42,215 nucleotides of DNA, taken from NCBI GenBank assembly GCA_045046875.1, contig JASFYY010000034.1, positions 1 through 42,215 of the forward strand, read 5' to 3'. Of this stretch, positions 1-8,404 are shown piece after piece; the first letter of the stretch is position 1; every line of letters begins with the position of its first letter. The notes beneath the pieces were generated by a model. It was not told the DNA's origin, did not search any database, and saw nothing but the letters and a program-made list of their open reading frames with translations. The position numbers and the translations under genes are program-made. Source of the DNA: Verrucomicrobiota bacterium. Its GTDB lineage: Bacteria > Verrucomicrobiota > Verrucomicrobiia > Verrucomicrobiales > DEV007.

Positions 1-164
1 CCCCCATCGAAACCCATCCCACCAACGAATTTTCCACGGTGCTCGCGCAAGGACTGAAAAATGATGGGCATACCTTAACGCTCACCCCGCAATCAAAAAT
101 AAAACTTCCCATCAAAGCCTTCCGCATTTACCGCCCGCCGCTTAAAAGCCCCACAGCTGAATAA
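1..164 (+). CDS. 3' end of a gene entering the window (partial); resembles C-termini of PVC SGNH/GDSL-hydrolase-associated proteins
   Basis: Open frame from position 3: PIETHPTNEFSTVLAQGLKNDGHTLTLTPQSKIKLPIKAFRIYRPPLKSPTAE*, stop TAA at 162-164. Not in the ORF track. The product guess rests on the TVLAQGLxN..HTL..IYRPP pattern. Confidence 0.6.
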   Translation, partial: PIETHPTNEFSTVLAQGLKNDGHTLTLTPQSKIKLPIKAFRIYRPPLKSPTAE

Positions 165-171
165 ACAAAAA

Positions 172-201
172 ATCAGTGCTCATCAGTGAAAATCAGTGGT
201 T
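172..201 (+). repeat. Three-unit, 10-bp-period repeat (family A)
   Basis: ATCAGTGCTC ATCAGTGAAA ATCAGTGGTT. Confidence 0.8.
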
Positions 202-296
202 TAAAAATATCACACCCCTGATTCACTCTGATGCTCCACTCATTTTCTATCAATTTCATTAACTCTCAGCTATTCAGAAAAAGATCTAAACAAAAA

Positions 297-1532
297 TCAA
301 CGAAACTCCCCGTTCGGCTTTTTCCATTTCACCTTGGCCACCCACACCCGGTTATCGGCGCCCATCTTGATCAATTTTTCAGGATCATTGTATTTGGGTC
401 CATTGGTCTGCATCCACTCGGTCACCGTCACCCAGGTTTCATTTTCACTGAATTGCGTGACTGCAAAATTGCCTAATCTCGCACCCTTCTCCGGCACCAG
501 AATTTGCTCACTAGATCTGATCACCTGCAACTTATCAGGATCAACCCGGGCAATAAAAATCGGAGCCCGATGACGCATCACATGATCGTTATTTGCACCT
601 CTCCGTGTATAGACCAAAAACAAAGCATCGCTATGCGCCACCCAATGTTGCTGGGTATTGTAGTTACCTAAAGGCTTGCCATCATCAAAAGTCCATTTTT
701 TGGGAGATGAATAATTCAAACCGTCGTTACTGACCGCCACGTAACCTGCTTGATCATTACGCAGGGTCAAAAAATAACGCCCTTTGAAATGAGTGATGGA
801 AGGTTCAGGGAAACCGCGGTCCACGGGAACAGAGAGCTCACTGCCATGTTCGATGTATTTTAAATCCTTGCCATCAAATGAACAACGCAGCACGGTGCTC
901 GAATAACGTTTGCCCTCCAGCTCCTTATAATAAATAGGCAGCAACACCTCGCCATTGGGCAGATCATAACGCTGCACACTGCCAGCTCCCGAATTAACGA
1001 ATTTTGCCTCTGGTGGCATTTTGATCGTTTTCCATTTTGACCAGGTTTTGGTCTCCGGATCATAAACTGAATAAGGAGTCAAACGCGGCCTTACATGCAT
1101 CACCTTGTTATTTTGATACATCACCGTATGCCCCGTGCCCAATAACTTGCCGGTTTTTTTATGCCAGGCCGGAGTGAAATCACAAACCGTCATTTCTATA
1201 TTTTTCTTCCCTTGAAAAGCAAAAGGCTGACGCGCAAAGGACGGGTGTTCCTTAGGCTCCGTCCAAGTCAGACCGCCGTCCGTCGAACGCATTTCGTTGA
1301 GCGCGTAAAACACATCCGACCCGGAGAGCATCAACTTCTGCAAGGTCATCACCGCCGTCGGCATGCCGCCATCCTTGCCCGGAATGGCCCCTGCTCGAGC
1401 ATGAACCCAACACATTTTTTTATCAAAGCCCTGACGAGCCACTAGCAACTCAATGTCGTAGAGCGGATCCGCTGCGAAGCCTGGAAAAATAACAGCAAAG
1501 GTGAAAAATAAACTTAGGCGCAGGGGTTTCAT
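297..1532 (-). CDS. Secreted sialidase-like / BNR (Asp-box) beta-propeller protein
   Basis: Signal peptide; Asp-boxes STDGGLTW, SFDGKDL, SNDGLNY; EPS motif; family common in PVC. Confidence 0.8.
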   Translation of the reverse strand: MKPLRLSLFFTFAVIFPGFAADPLYDIELLVARQGFDKKMCWVHARAGAIPGKDGGMPTAVMTLQKLMLSGSDVFYALNEMRSTDGGLTWTEPKEHPSFARQPFAFQGKKNIEMTVCDFTPAWHKKTGKLLGTGHTVMYQNNKVMHVRPRLTPYSVYDPETKTWSKWKTIKMPPEAKFVNSGAGSVQRYDLPNGEVLLPIYYKELEGKRYSSTVLRCSFDGKDLKYIEHGSELSVPVDRGFPEPSITHFKGRYFLTLRNDQAGYVAVSNDGLNYSSPKKWTFDDGKPLGNYNTQQHWVAHSDALFLVYTRRGANNDHVMRHRAPIFIARVDPDKLQVIRSSEQILVPEKGARLGNFAVTQFSENETWVTVTEWMQTNGPKYNDPEKLIKMGADNRVWVAKVKWKKPNGEFR

Positions 1533-1598
1533 ATTTTTTAATAACGGGATTCAGCCTCCAATCAAAGCCCAAATCACCCATATCTCAAATCTAAAACA

Positions 1599-2036
1599 TC
1601 ACACCTTTCCACCGTAGCTGGCATAATCATCGACATCGAGCATTTCAAACCAGGTCGCAATGTCTTCTCGCTGCGCAGCTCCAGCCCCGCTGATGATTTC
1701 ACTGACAAAAGCCCGGCTCTCATTGTCAGCAGGTGCCGCCGCCTCGCGAAAAGCCGACCACTGGGCGATCTCCCAATCGTCATGTTGATTCACCGGGTTC
1801 TGTTCCACCCACTTCAAAATCTCACCATCACCCAGCCCCTTCGCCACTTCAGCCTTGAGCGCATCCGCATCGATACCAGTGAAAGCAAAAAAGCGTTGAT
1901 CCAAAGGACAATTGTAATTGTAGTCGCCATTGCTGCCGACAAGCTCCGCCCGGCATTTATCCAACATACGGGCAAGCAAAACATATCCGCCAAGGCGGGT
2001 TCTAGGACTTCGAGGTGGTCTTTCAGTAAGGTTCAT
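1599..2036 (-). CDS. DUF5069 domain protein
   Basis: PPRSPR.RLGGYV.LARMLDKCRA...DYNYNCPLDQRFF.F.GID signature; start placed at ATG 2036 (MNLTERPP). Confidence 0.85.
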   Translation of the reverse strand: MNLTERPPRSPRTRLGGYVLLARMLDKCRAELVGSNGDYNYNCPLDQRFFAFTGIDADALKAEVAKGLGDGEILKWVEQNPVNQHDDWEIAQWSAFREAAAPADNESRAFVSEIISGAGAAQREDIATWFEMLDVDDYASYGGKV

Positions 2037-2115
2037 AATTTTCTTGTGACGCCCTGTCTCGCAAAACCTTTCAACCACTGCTTTTTTTGTTTTCCCTCTC
2101 TCTATTTTTGAGTTT

Positions 2116-2143
2116 TTTCGTGTTTTCCGTATTTTTCGTGGTT
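2116..2143 (+). repeat. Three-unit repeat (family A, 9-bp-period variant)
   Basis: TTTCGTGTT TTCCGTATT TTTCGTGGTT between divergent genes. Confidence 0.65.
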
Positions 2144-2174
2144 CCTCTCCACAGGCAGGCTAACTTTACTCTAC

Positions 2175-3041
2175 ATGCCAGCAAGCAGAAACAGTCCCGA
2201 CTTCCTCATCATTGGTGCGATGAAATGCGGCACCACCACGCTGTATCACGACCTGCTGTGCCATCCCAATATTTTTCTACCCGACAAAGAATCTAACCTG
2301 CTGCTCACAGCTTCACCGGCAGAGGCCTATCAACAAGCCTACCAAAAATCTACTCCCGACCAAATCTGTGGTGAAGTCTGCCCTGACTACAGCAAACTGC
2401 CCGACCAAGCGGAAGCCGTATCGCATGCCAAAAAACTTTTTCCCGATCATCCACCCCGTCTCATCTATCTGATCCGCGAACCGCTCGCCCGCACCCTCAG
2501 TCACCACCGTTTTGTCAGCACCCGTCGTGACACCCGCTTCCCGACCATGCCCCCCGACATCAACCTCTGCCTGAACCAGCATCCGCAACTGCTCAACTAC
2601 AGTCGCTACGCGATGCAACTCAAGCCCTGGATCGAAGCCTTCGGCAAGGATGCCCTGCTAGTCATCCGCTTCGAGGACTACATCAAAAATCGCCAAACCA
2701 CACTCAAGCAAATCACCCGCTACCTCGATTTGCCAAACCTGCCCGCCCTCTCCCATCCTGATCAAATCCACAACGCCGCTCAGTCACGCCCGGTATTAAC
2801 CACCGGCTGGCAGCGCTTCATCACCCATGCTTTCTACCGCCGAGTGGTGCGCCCCATTCTAAACCCCGCCCTGCGCGAAAAATTAAGGCAGCTCGTCTTA
2901 CCTAAAGCCACAGAACAATGCATCCCCCCCACGATTCAAACCCAACAGAACATCGTCGATCAGCTCCGCAGTGATACAGCTGAGCTCCAAACCTTACTCG
3001 AACTCGATGCTCCTCTCTGGCCACCCGCCGCAACAAAATGA
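2175..3041 (+). CDS. PAPS-dependent sulfotransferase
   Basis: 5'-PSB motif PDFLIIGAMKCGTTTL; KE; 3'-PB LIYLIREPLARTLS; IRFED. Confidence 0.9.
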   Translation: MPASRNSPDFLIIGAMKCGTTTLYHDLLCHPNIFLPDKESNLLLTASPAEAYQQAYQKSTPDQICGEVCPDYSKLPDQAEAVSHAKKLFPDHPPRLIYLIREPLARTLSHHRFVSTRRDTRFPTMPPDINLCLNQHPQLLNYSRYAMQLKPWIEAFGKDALLVIRFEDYIKNRQTTLKQITRYLDLPNLPALSHPDQIHNAAQSRPVLTTGWQRFITHAFYRRVVRPILNPALREKLRQLVLPKATEQCIPPTIQTQQNIVDQLRSDTAELQTLLELDAPLWPPAATK

Positions 3042-4480
3042 TCACCACCGGCCAAGCCACTCTAGCCTACCGCTTCGGCACACTTAGCCTCACGCTGGTT
3101 GCCATGGCTTTCACCCTGGCGGCAAGCTTTGCAACGCACGACCACGTCTTCACCGCAATCGGCCTATGGGCACTGGTCATCGTCTTGCTGCCACCCAGCC
3201 TCATCCCCCGCTACGACCTCTTCTCGCCGTGGTCTTTTGTCATTCTAAGCGTGCTGATCGGCCTCACCTTGCGAGGGTTTTATATTGCCTTCCACTATCC
3301 TGATCCGCCAATCATCGACCACCTCTTCCTACGCGGAAAACCTCCTTCCTATTTTGTTTATCCCGGCATCATCCTATTGATGGGACTGAGCGCCTTAAGC
3401 GCAGGTTATTGCTGGAACCCGATCAAAAACAAGGTCCCTACCATCTTAGCGCCGATCCAAAAAAATCGGCTCTACCTCCTTGTCGCCGCCATCCTCTTGA
3501 TCTCTCTGATCAGCACCATCCTCTATATTATTCTCACCGGCGGCTTGGATTCCCGTTTCATCTCCGCCAAACGCACCCCGATCCCCGGCCTTGATCTGGT
3601 TGGGAAAAATTACCAATCCTACGGCAGTTTGCGTTTCCTCTCCTCACTCGCCCTGTTTGCCCATCTGCTCGTTCTTGGCGACTTATTAAAACCCAAAACA
3701 AACGGGCTCGCTTGGAAAATCCCCCTAGCGCTATTTTTATTCCTGCTGGCTTGCAGCCTGCCTTTTTACGCCAGCATCCGTAGCACCATCGTCAACAACG
3801 TCATCCTCTCGGCCGCCGTTTTTTATTATTCCTGCAAAAACTTCCCCATCCTGAAGTTCACCATCGCCGGACTCGCCTTGGTTATCGCCATCTACTTCAT
3901 GACCCTGCTCAGAGCCGAACGCAATGACTCAAATGCCTTGGCGAAATTCAATCCCGGCAGCCAGGCCTTCAACTCCCTCATTCTCAATCGCAATCAAATC
4001 GAACTGGCCAAAACCTCCCACATCATCCAAGCCATCCCTGAAAAACTCGATCATCAATACGGCAAAACCATCGCCCTGTGGCTGATCGCCCCGATCCCGC
4101 GCAGCCTGTGGCGAGACAAACCGCTGATCCAACCCGGCCCCATCATCGGCAATAAAATCTACGCACAAAAACGAGCCGGAGTACCTCCCGCTTTTGTCGC
4201 CGAAATGTACTGGAACTTTCACCTACCCGGCGTGCTGATCGGCGGCCTGTTGCTGGGAATATCCCTACGCTTTCTCCATCAACGTTTTCAACCGCTGCGG
4301 CAGCAAGGAGAGGCCGCGCCCGCCGCTATTTTCCTCTACGTCGCCGCCCCGATGATGTTCGGCTACCAGGCCATCAGCAGCAATCTCGGTTACGCCCTGT
4401 TCTGGTTATTGATGAATTTTCTCATCGCCACCCTGATCCTGAAAATCATCGCGCCCGCAGCCAAACCCAGCGTCACTTGA
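3038..4480 (+). CDS. Wzy-like polysaccharide repeat-unit polymerase
   Basis: About 11-12 hydrophobic segments; periplasmic loop YGKT...IPRSLWRDKP; E.Y.NF motif; 4-bp overlaps with both neighbours. Confidence 0.8.
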   Translation: MITTGQATLAYRFGTLSLTLVAMAFTLAASFATHDHVFTAIGLWALVIVLLPPSLIPRYDLFSPWSFVILSVLIGLTLRGFYIAFHYPDPPIIDHLFLRGKPPSYFVYPGIILLMGLSALSAGYCWNPIKNKVPTILAPIQKNRLYLLVAAILLISLISTILYIILTGGLDSRFISAKRTPIPGLDLVGKNYQSYGSLRFLSSLALFAHLLVLGDLLKPKTNGLAWKIPLALFLFLLACSLPFYASIRSTIVNNVILSAAVFYYSCKNFPILKFTIAGLALVIAIYFMTLLRAERNDSNALAKFNPGSQAFNSLILNRNQIELAKTSHIIQAIPEKLDHQYGKTIALWLIAPIPRSLWRDKPLIQPGPIIGNKIYAQKRAGVPPAFVAEMYWNFHLPGVLIGGLLLGISLRFLHQRFQPLRQQGEAAPAAIFLYVAAPMMFGYQAISSNLGYALFWLLMNFLIATLILKIIAPAAKPSVT

Positions 4481-5598
4481 TGAATCACCTCCTGCACAGC
4501 GTCGATTCCCTTGCTCGCGCCAACGGAGGCCTGCCCTTGGCGGTGTGCGGACTCACCAGCGCACTCGTGCAAACAGGACAAACCCATGCTCTAAAAATAA
4601 GCCTCATTTCCAGCAAAACCGATCTGCCCAGCTTGCCAACTCAACAGCTGGATTTGATCACCACCGACAACTGGATCGAACAACTACAGACCAGCCACCA
4701 GCAGCGGCCGATCAGTCTGATCCATCAACACGGCCTATGGGTGAAGTCAGCTCACACCACCTCCACCTTCGCCGGCAAAAACAGGATCCCCATCGTCATC
4801 TCCCCTCACGGCATGCTCGAACCCTGGGCACTCCAACACCATGCCTGGAGAAAAAAACTGGCGCTCACTCTTTATCAAAAACGTCACCTCAAACAAGCCA
4901 CCGCCCTCCACGCCACCTGTGAAGCCGAAGCCCAACACATCCGTGAACTCGGTTACACGCAACCCATCGCCGTCATCGCCAACGGCGTTACCCTACCCGA
5001 ATCCATCCAGAAAAAAGAGCCTTCGGGAAAACAACGCAGCGCCCTCTTCCTCTCCCGTCTGCATCCCAAAAAAGGCCTGCCGATGCTACTCGAAGCCTGG
5101 GCAAAAATCCGCCCACTCGATTGGAATCTCATCATCGCCGGCAATGATCAAAACGGCCACCTGGCAGAATTAAAAAAACAAAGCCAACAGCTCGGCCTGT
5201 CATCCCAAGTCACCTTCCCCGGCCCCCTCTACGACGAGGCCAAAGAACAAGCCTTCCAGCAAGCCGACCTCTTCATCCTGCCCAGCCATTCAGAAAACTT
5301 CGCCATCGTCATCGCCGAAGCCCTTGCTCACCAGCTGCCTGTCATCACCACCCGTGAAACTCCCTGGCAAATCCTCGAACAACAAAACTGCGGCTGGTGG
5401 GTCGAAGCCCAAACCAATACCATCGCCACCGCCTTAAAAAACGCCACCGAACTTCCCGCCGCCGAACTCCAGTCAATGGGACAATCCGGACGGGAACTGG
5501 TCGCCGAAAAATTTCTCTGGCCAAAGGTCGCCAAACAGATGTTATCGTTTTATCATTGGCTCATCGACGAAGATGATCGCCCCGACTTCGTTATTTAA
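4477..5598 (+). CDS. GT4 family glycosyltransferase
   Basis: HQHGLW, SPHGML, LFLSRLHPKKG, PSHSENFAIVIAEALA (E-x7-E). Confidence 0.92.
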   Translation: MMNHLLHSVDSLARANGGLPLAVCGLTSALVQTGQTHALKISLISSKTDLPSLPTQQLDLITTDNWIEQLQTSHQQRPISLIHQHGLWVKSAHTTSTFAGKNRIPIVISPHGMLEPWALQHHAWRKKLALTLYQKRHLKQATALHATCEAEAQHIRELGYTQPIAVIANGVTLPESIQKKEPSGKQRSALFLSRLHPKKGLPMLLEAWAKIRPLDWNLIIAGNDQNGHLAELKKQSQQLGLSSQVTFPGPLYDEAKEQAFQQADLFILPSHSENFAIVIAEALAHQLPVITTRETPWQILEQQNCGWWVEAQTNTIATALKNATELPAAELQSMGQSGRELVAEKFLWPKVAKQMLSFYHWLIDEDDRPDFVI

Positions 5599-5601
5599 AA
5601 A

Positions 5602-6189
5602 ATGACCGATCTCAGCACATACGACAATCATCACTACGACCCCGGTCCGCTGCCGCGCCGGATATTTTGGTATATCGTCAGTCGACTCTTTTTCGAAACC
5701 CGCCTGCCCTGGCCCTACACCATCAAAAGAAGCCTGCTCGCCCTCTTTGGCTGCCACTTACGCGACGGCCTGATCATCAAACCCAATGTCAAAATCAAAT
5801 ACCCCTGGTTCCTCGACATCGGCACCCACTGCTGGATCGGCGAAGGCGTCTGGATCGACAACCTCTGCCAGATCACCCTCGGTGACCACGTCGTGCTCTC
5901 CCAGGGATCCTATCTCGTCACCGGCAACCACGACTACAAAAAAAGCAGCTTCGACCTCATGCTCGACCCGATAGAAATCAAATCCGGCACCTGGGTCGCC
6001 GCCAAAAGCATCGTCTGCCCCGGCGTCACCATCGGAGAATGCGCCGTGCTGACCACAGGTTCCGTAGCAAGCAAATCCCTAGACAGCCACGCCATCTACA
6101 CCGGTAATCCCGCCACCCTCAAACGCAAACGCCCCCAAACTTCAACTATTCAGGTTTTCACCAGCCGTCTTCGGAAAAAATCAGACTAG
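5602..6189 (+). CDS. wcaF: WcaF-family polysaccharide acetyltransferase (left-handed beta-helix)
   Basis: LL.LFG, IKPNVKIKYPWFL.IG.HCWIGE.VWIDNL, SQG.YL.TGNHDY, GNPA. Confidence 0.88.
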   Translation: MTDLSTYDNHHYDPGPLPRRIFWYIVSRLFFETRLPWPYTIKRSLLALFGCHLRDGLIIKPNVKIKYPWFLDIGTHCWIGEGVWIDNLCQITLGDHVVLSQGSYLVTGNHDYKKSSFDLMLDPIEIKSGTWVAAKSIVCPGVTIGECAVLTTGSVASKSLDSHAIYTGNPATLKRKRPQTSTIQVFTSRLRKKSD

Positions 6190-6339
6190 ATCGCGGATAG
6201 CGCAGATAGGCGCGGATGGGATGAATTGTTTTTATAATTTCGCTATAAATTATGCGGCTTAATTTGAAATTTGAGTCGTCACTTGTTTGAAACTGAATAT
6301 TTTTTATCTTATCCGCGTTCATCCGCGCTATCCGCGGTT
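6189..6339. mobile_element. MITE-like 151-bp element bounded by inverted family-A repeats
   Basis: Left arm 6189-6217 (reverse complement ATCCGCGCCT ATCTGCGCT ATCCGCGATC) matches right arm 6311-6339 (ATCCGCGTTC ATCCGCGCT ATCCGCGGTT); AT-rich interior; no transposase. Confidence 0.6.
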
Positions 6340-6396
6340 GAACTCTTTTGAACTGGATTGTATAAACCTGAATAGTTACCTTCAACTCAAACCTAA

Positions 6397-7260
6397 ACCC
6401 TTCCCGCCATCCGCATCCCACACCCCATCATCATCGTCGGTGCCCCCCGCTCCGGCACCACCCTACTTGGCAAACTCTTCGCCGCCCATCCCGACGTCGC
6501 CTACTGGGAAGAACCGCGCACCGTCTGGAGCACAGGAAACCAAAACCTACCCGACGACCTGCTCAACGAAAAACATCTCACCACAAAAATCGCCACCGAA
6601 ATTGACCAACGTTTTTCCGCCTTCCTCCAGCAAAACGACAAAACCCGCTTCGCCGAAAAAACCCCGTCCAACATGCTGCGCATCCCCTTCATCCACGCGC
6701 TCTACCCCGGCTGCAAAATCATCCACCTCCACCGCGACCCGCGACCCGTGATCGCCTCTGCCCTGCGCATGCTCAACTCCCCACCCGACCTCAATCGCAT
6801 CACCGCCCGCGCCCGCGAAGCCAAACTGCGCGACTGGCCAGGCCTAAGCGCCCTACTTTTCCGCGACACCCTCGCCCGCCTCTTCCGAAAAGGAAACAAA
6901 CCCTTCTGGGGCCCCCGCCCGCCCGGTTGGCAAGACTGGTTAAACCTCCCCCCAGTCACCATGCTCTGCAAACAATGGTGCGCCCTCATCCAAACCGCCC
7001 AACACGACCTGCAACAACTCCCCCCCGATTCCTGGTTAGGACTCCGCTACGAAGACCTGTTAAAAAATCACAAAAAAACAATACCTAACCTATTAGAATT
7101 CGTCAACCTCCCCCCTTCCAGCGAAGTCACTGACTTAGCCAATAAAACCATCCAAGTAGAAAAAAATGATGCTTGGCGTCAAACTTTACCCTCAGAACTT
7201 CAACACGAAATAGAAGCTGAAACAAAAACTATTCTCAACGATCTCCGCTACAACCTCTGA
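6397..7260 (+). CDS. Second sulfotransferase; open frame with no canonical start before the PAPS motif
   Basis: The frame of ORF 6673..7260 is open back to TAA 6394-6396 and encodes PIIIVGAPRSGTTLLGKLFAAHPDVAYWEEP...FAEKTPSN; the 3'-PB motif HLHRDPR.VIAS follows. The ORF-track ATG at 6673 would omit the 5'-PSB motif. Confidence 0.8.
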   Translation, partial: TLPAIRIPHPIIIVGAPRSGTTLLGKLFAAHPDVAYWEEPRTVWSTGNQNLPDDLLNEKHLTTKIATEIDQRFSAFLQQNDKTRFAEKTPSNMLRIPFIHALYPGCKIIHLHRDPRPVIASALRMLNSPPDLNRITARAREAKLRDWPGLSALLFRDTLARLFRKGNKPFWGPRPPGWQDWLNLPPVTMLCKQWCALIQTAQHDLQQLPPDSWLGLRYEDLLKNHKKTIPNLLEFVNLPPSSEVTDLANKTIQVEKNDAWRQTLPSELQHEIEAETKTILNDLRYNL

Positions 7261-7286
7261 GTAATGATATTCACCCCCACAACAAA

Positions 7287-7517
7287 TCACTCATCTTCCT
7301 GCTCTCCTCGATAATAAGGCGTGAGAATATCAATAGCCCCCTGATAATCGCAGTCATCCATCACCCATAGTTCCGGTAAAACCGTATCCAACGGAGTCGT
7401 CCCTTCCGCCGCCGAGATGCAGTCATTCTTAATCAAAGTGCTGATCCCATTGCTCTCCAAAATCGACTGGAAAAAACCAACCTTCTCCTGCTTCCAACTC
7501 TCAAACACCTTCCTCAT
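7287..7517 (-). CDS. DUF2007 / putative signal-transducing small protein
   Basis: QSILESNGI.TLIKND...PELWV.DD.DY..A..IL pattern. Confidence 0.8.
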   Translation of the reverse strand: MRKVFESWKQEKVGFFQSILESNGISTLIKNDCISAAEGTTPLDTVLPELWVMDDCDYQGAIDILTPYYRGEQEDE

Positions 7518-7530
7518 CTTATTATATCCC

Positions 7531-7657
7531 CTCTCCCCTCTTTCTTATTCGACTCCTCCCTCTTTTCTTATCCGTATTTCCCTCTCCCTCTTTCTTATTC
7601 GTGTTCATTAGTGTCCATCTTGACTCGCCTTAGCACTAGCGGCGGCGGTTCGTGGTT
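7531..7657 (+). repeat. Three ~21-bp direct repeats running into an interrupted family-A repeat
   Basis: CTCTCCCCTCTTTCTTATTCG (7531-7551), CTCCTCCCTCTTTTCTTATCCG (7553-7574), CTCTCCCTCTTTCTTATTCG (7582-7601); ATTCGTGTTC ATTAGTGTCC AT[30-nt insert]TTCGTGGTT (7597-7657). Confidence 0.75.
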
Positions 7658-7668
7658 CTCCTCTCCCC

Positions 7669-8343
7669 TCAAAGCTCCTTGATCCTCACATTCCGATACC
7701 AAAGTTTCTTCGCCTCATCCTGAAACCCCAAGTAACCCATCGCCGGTTTCCCCTTCGCTTTGGTCGTCGACAAATCCGCATCGATCACCTGCACTCCGTT
7801 CAACACCACCTTCAGCCGGTTTCCCTTGGCCGTCACGGTCAGGCGGTTCCATTCCCCCGCAGGTTTGGTCACGTTTTTGGTCGGCCCCACCGCCCCAATC
7901 AAACCACCCGAATCATGGGGCGTGATCGCTTCAGGTTTCCCATAAGTGTCCAGAATCTGCACCTCCATGCCCGACTTCACCGGATCCTCCAGACTGCCCA
8001 CCCGAAAAAACAAACCACTGTTACCGGTCGCCTCGTATTTGTATTCCAGATCGATGATAAAATCCCCATACTGTTTCTCCGACCAGATATACGACTTGAA
8101 GCGCTGCCACCCCTTTTCCCCCGGCCTCGGTTTCAACGCCACCGTGCCATCCTTTTCCACCACCCAGTTGCCTTCCGTTTTCCAGCCACTTAGATCCTTG
8201 CCATTGAACATCGACACAAAACCATCGTCATCCTTGTCCGCCGCCCACAACTGCGCGAGTCCCACGGCCAACAACAAAACCACACCAGCCAGAACTGATC
8301 CGCCTACTTTGCCCACATTTTTATAGCTCAGAGTTTTTTTCAT
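7669..8343 (-). CDS. DUF1080 (3-keto-disaccharide hydrolase-like) secreted protein
   Basis: GFVSMFNGKDLSGW, YGDF...LEYK...NSGLFFR, EVQILD, GEWN, GYLGFQD...YRNVRIKEL; start moved to ATG 8343 (signal peptide). Confidence 0.9.
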   Translation of the reverse strand: MKKTLSYKNVGKVGGSVLAGVVLLLAVGLAQLWAADKDDDGFVSMFNGKDLSGWKTEGNWVVEKDGTVALKPRPGEKGWQRFKSYIWSEKQYGDFIIDLEYKYEATGNSGLFFRVGSLEDPVKSGMEVQILDTYGKPEAITPHDSGGLIGAVGPTKNVTKPAGEWNRLTVTAKGNRLKVVLNGVQVIDADLSTTKAKGKPAMGYLGFQDEAKKLWYRNVRIKEL

Positions 8344-8404
8344 TCTATCACAATAACACAAATTTGAGGCACACACCCCAAAAAAGAGATACCCTGTCGA
8401 GCAC

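Noticed and set aside
6287..6751. 154-aa ORF as the true start of sulfotransferase 2 through programmed frameshifting
   Set aside because: It starts inside the repeat element, is Pro/Ser-rich off-frame sequence, and no canonical slippery heptamer is visible at the junction.
7531..7657. Possible mini-CRISPR array
   Set aside because: Repeats are ~21 bp, pyrimidine-rich and nearly abutting (1-7 bp apart), with no spacer-length unique sequences and no cas genes.
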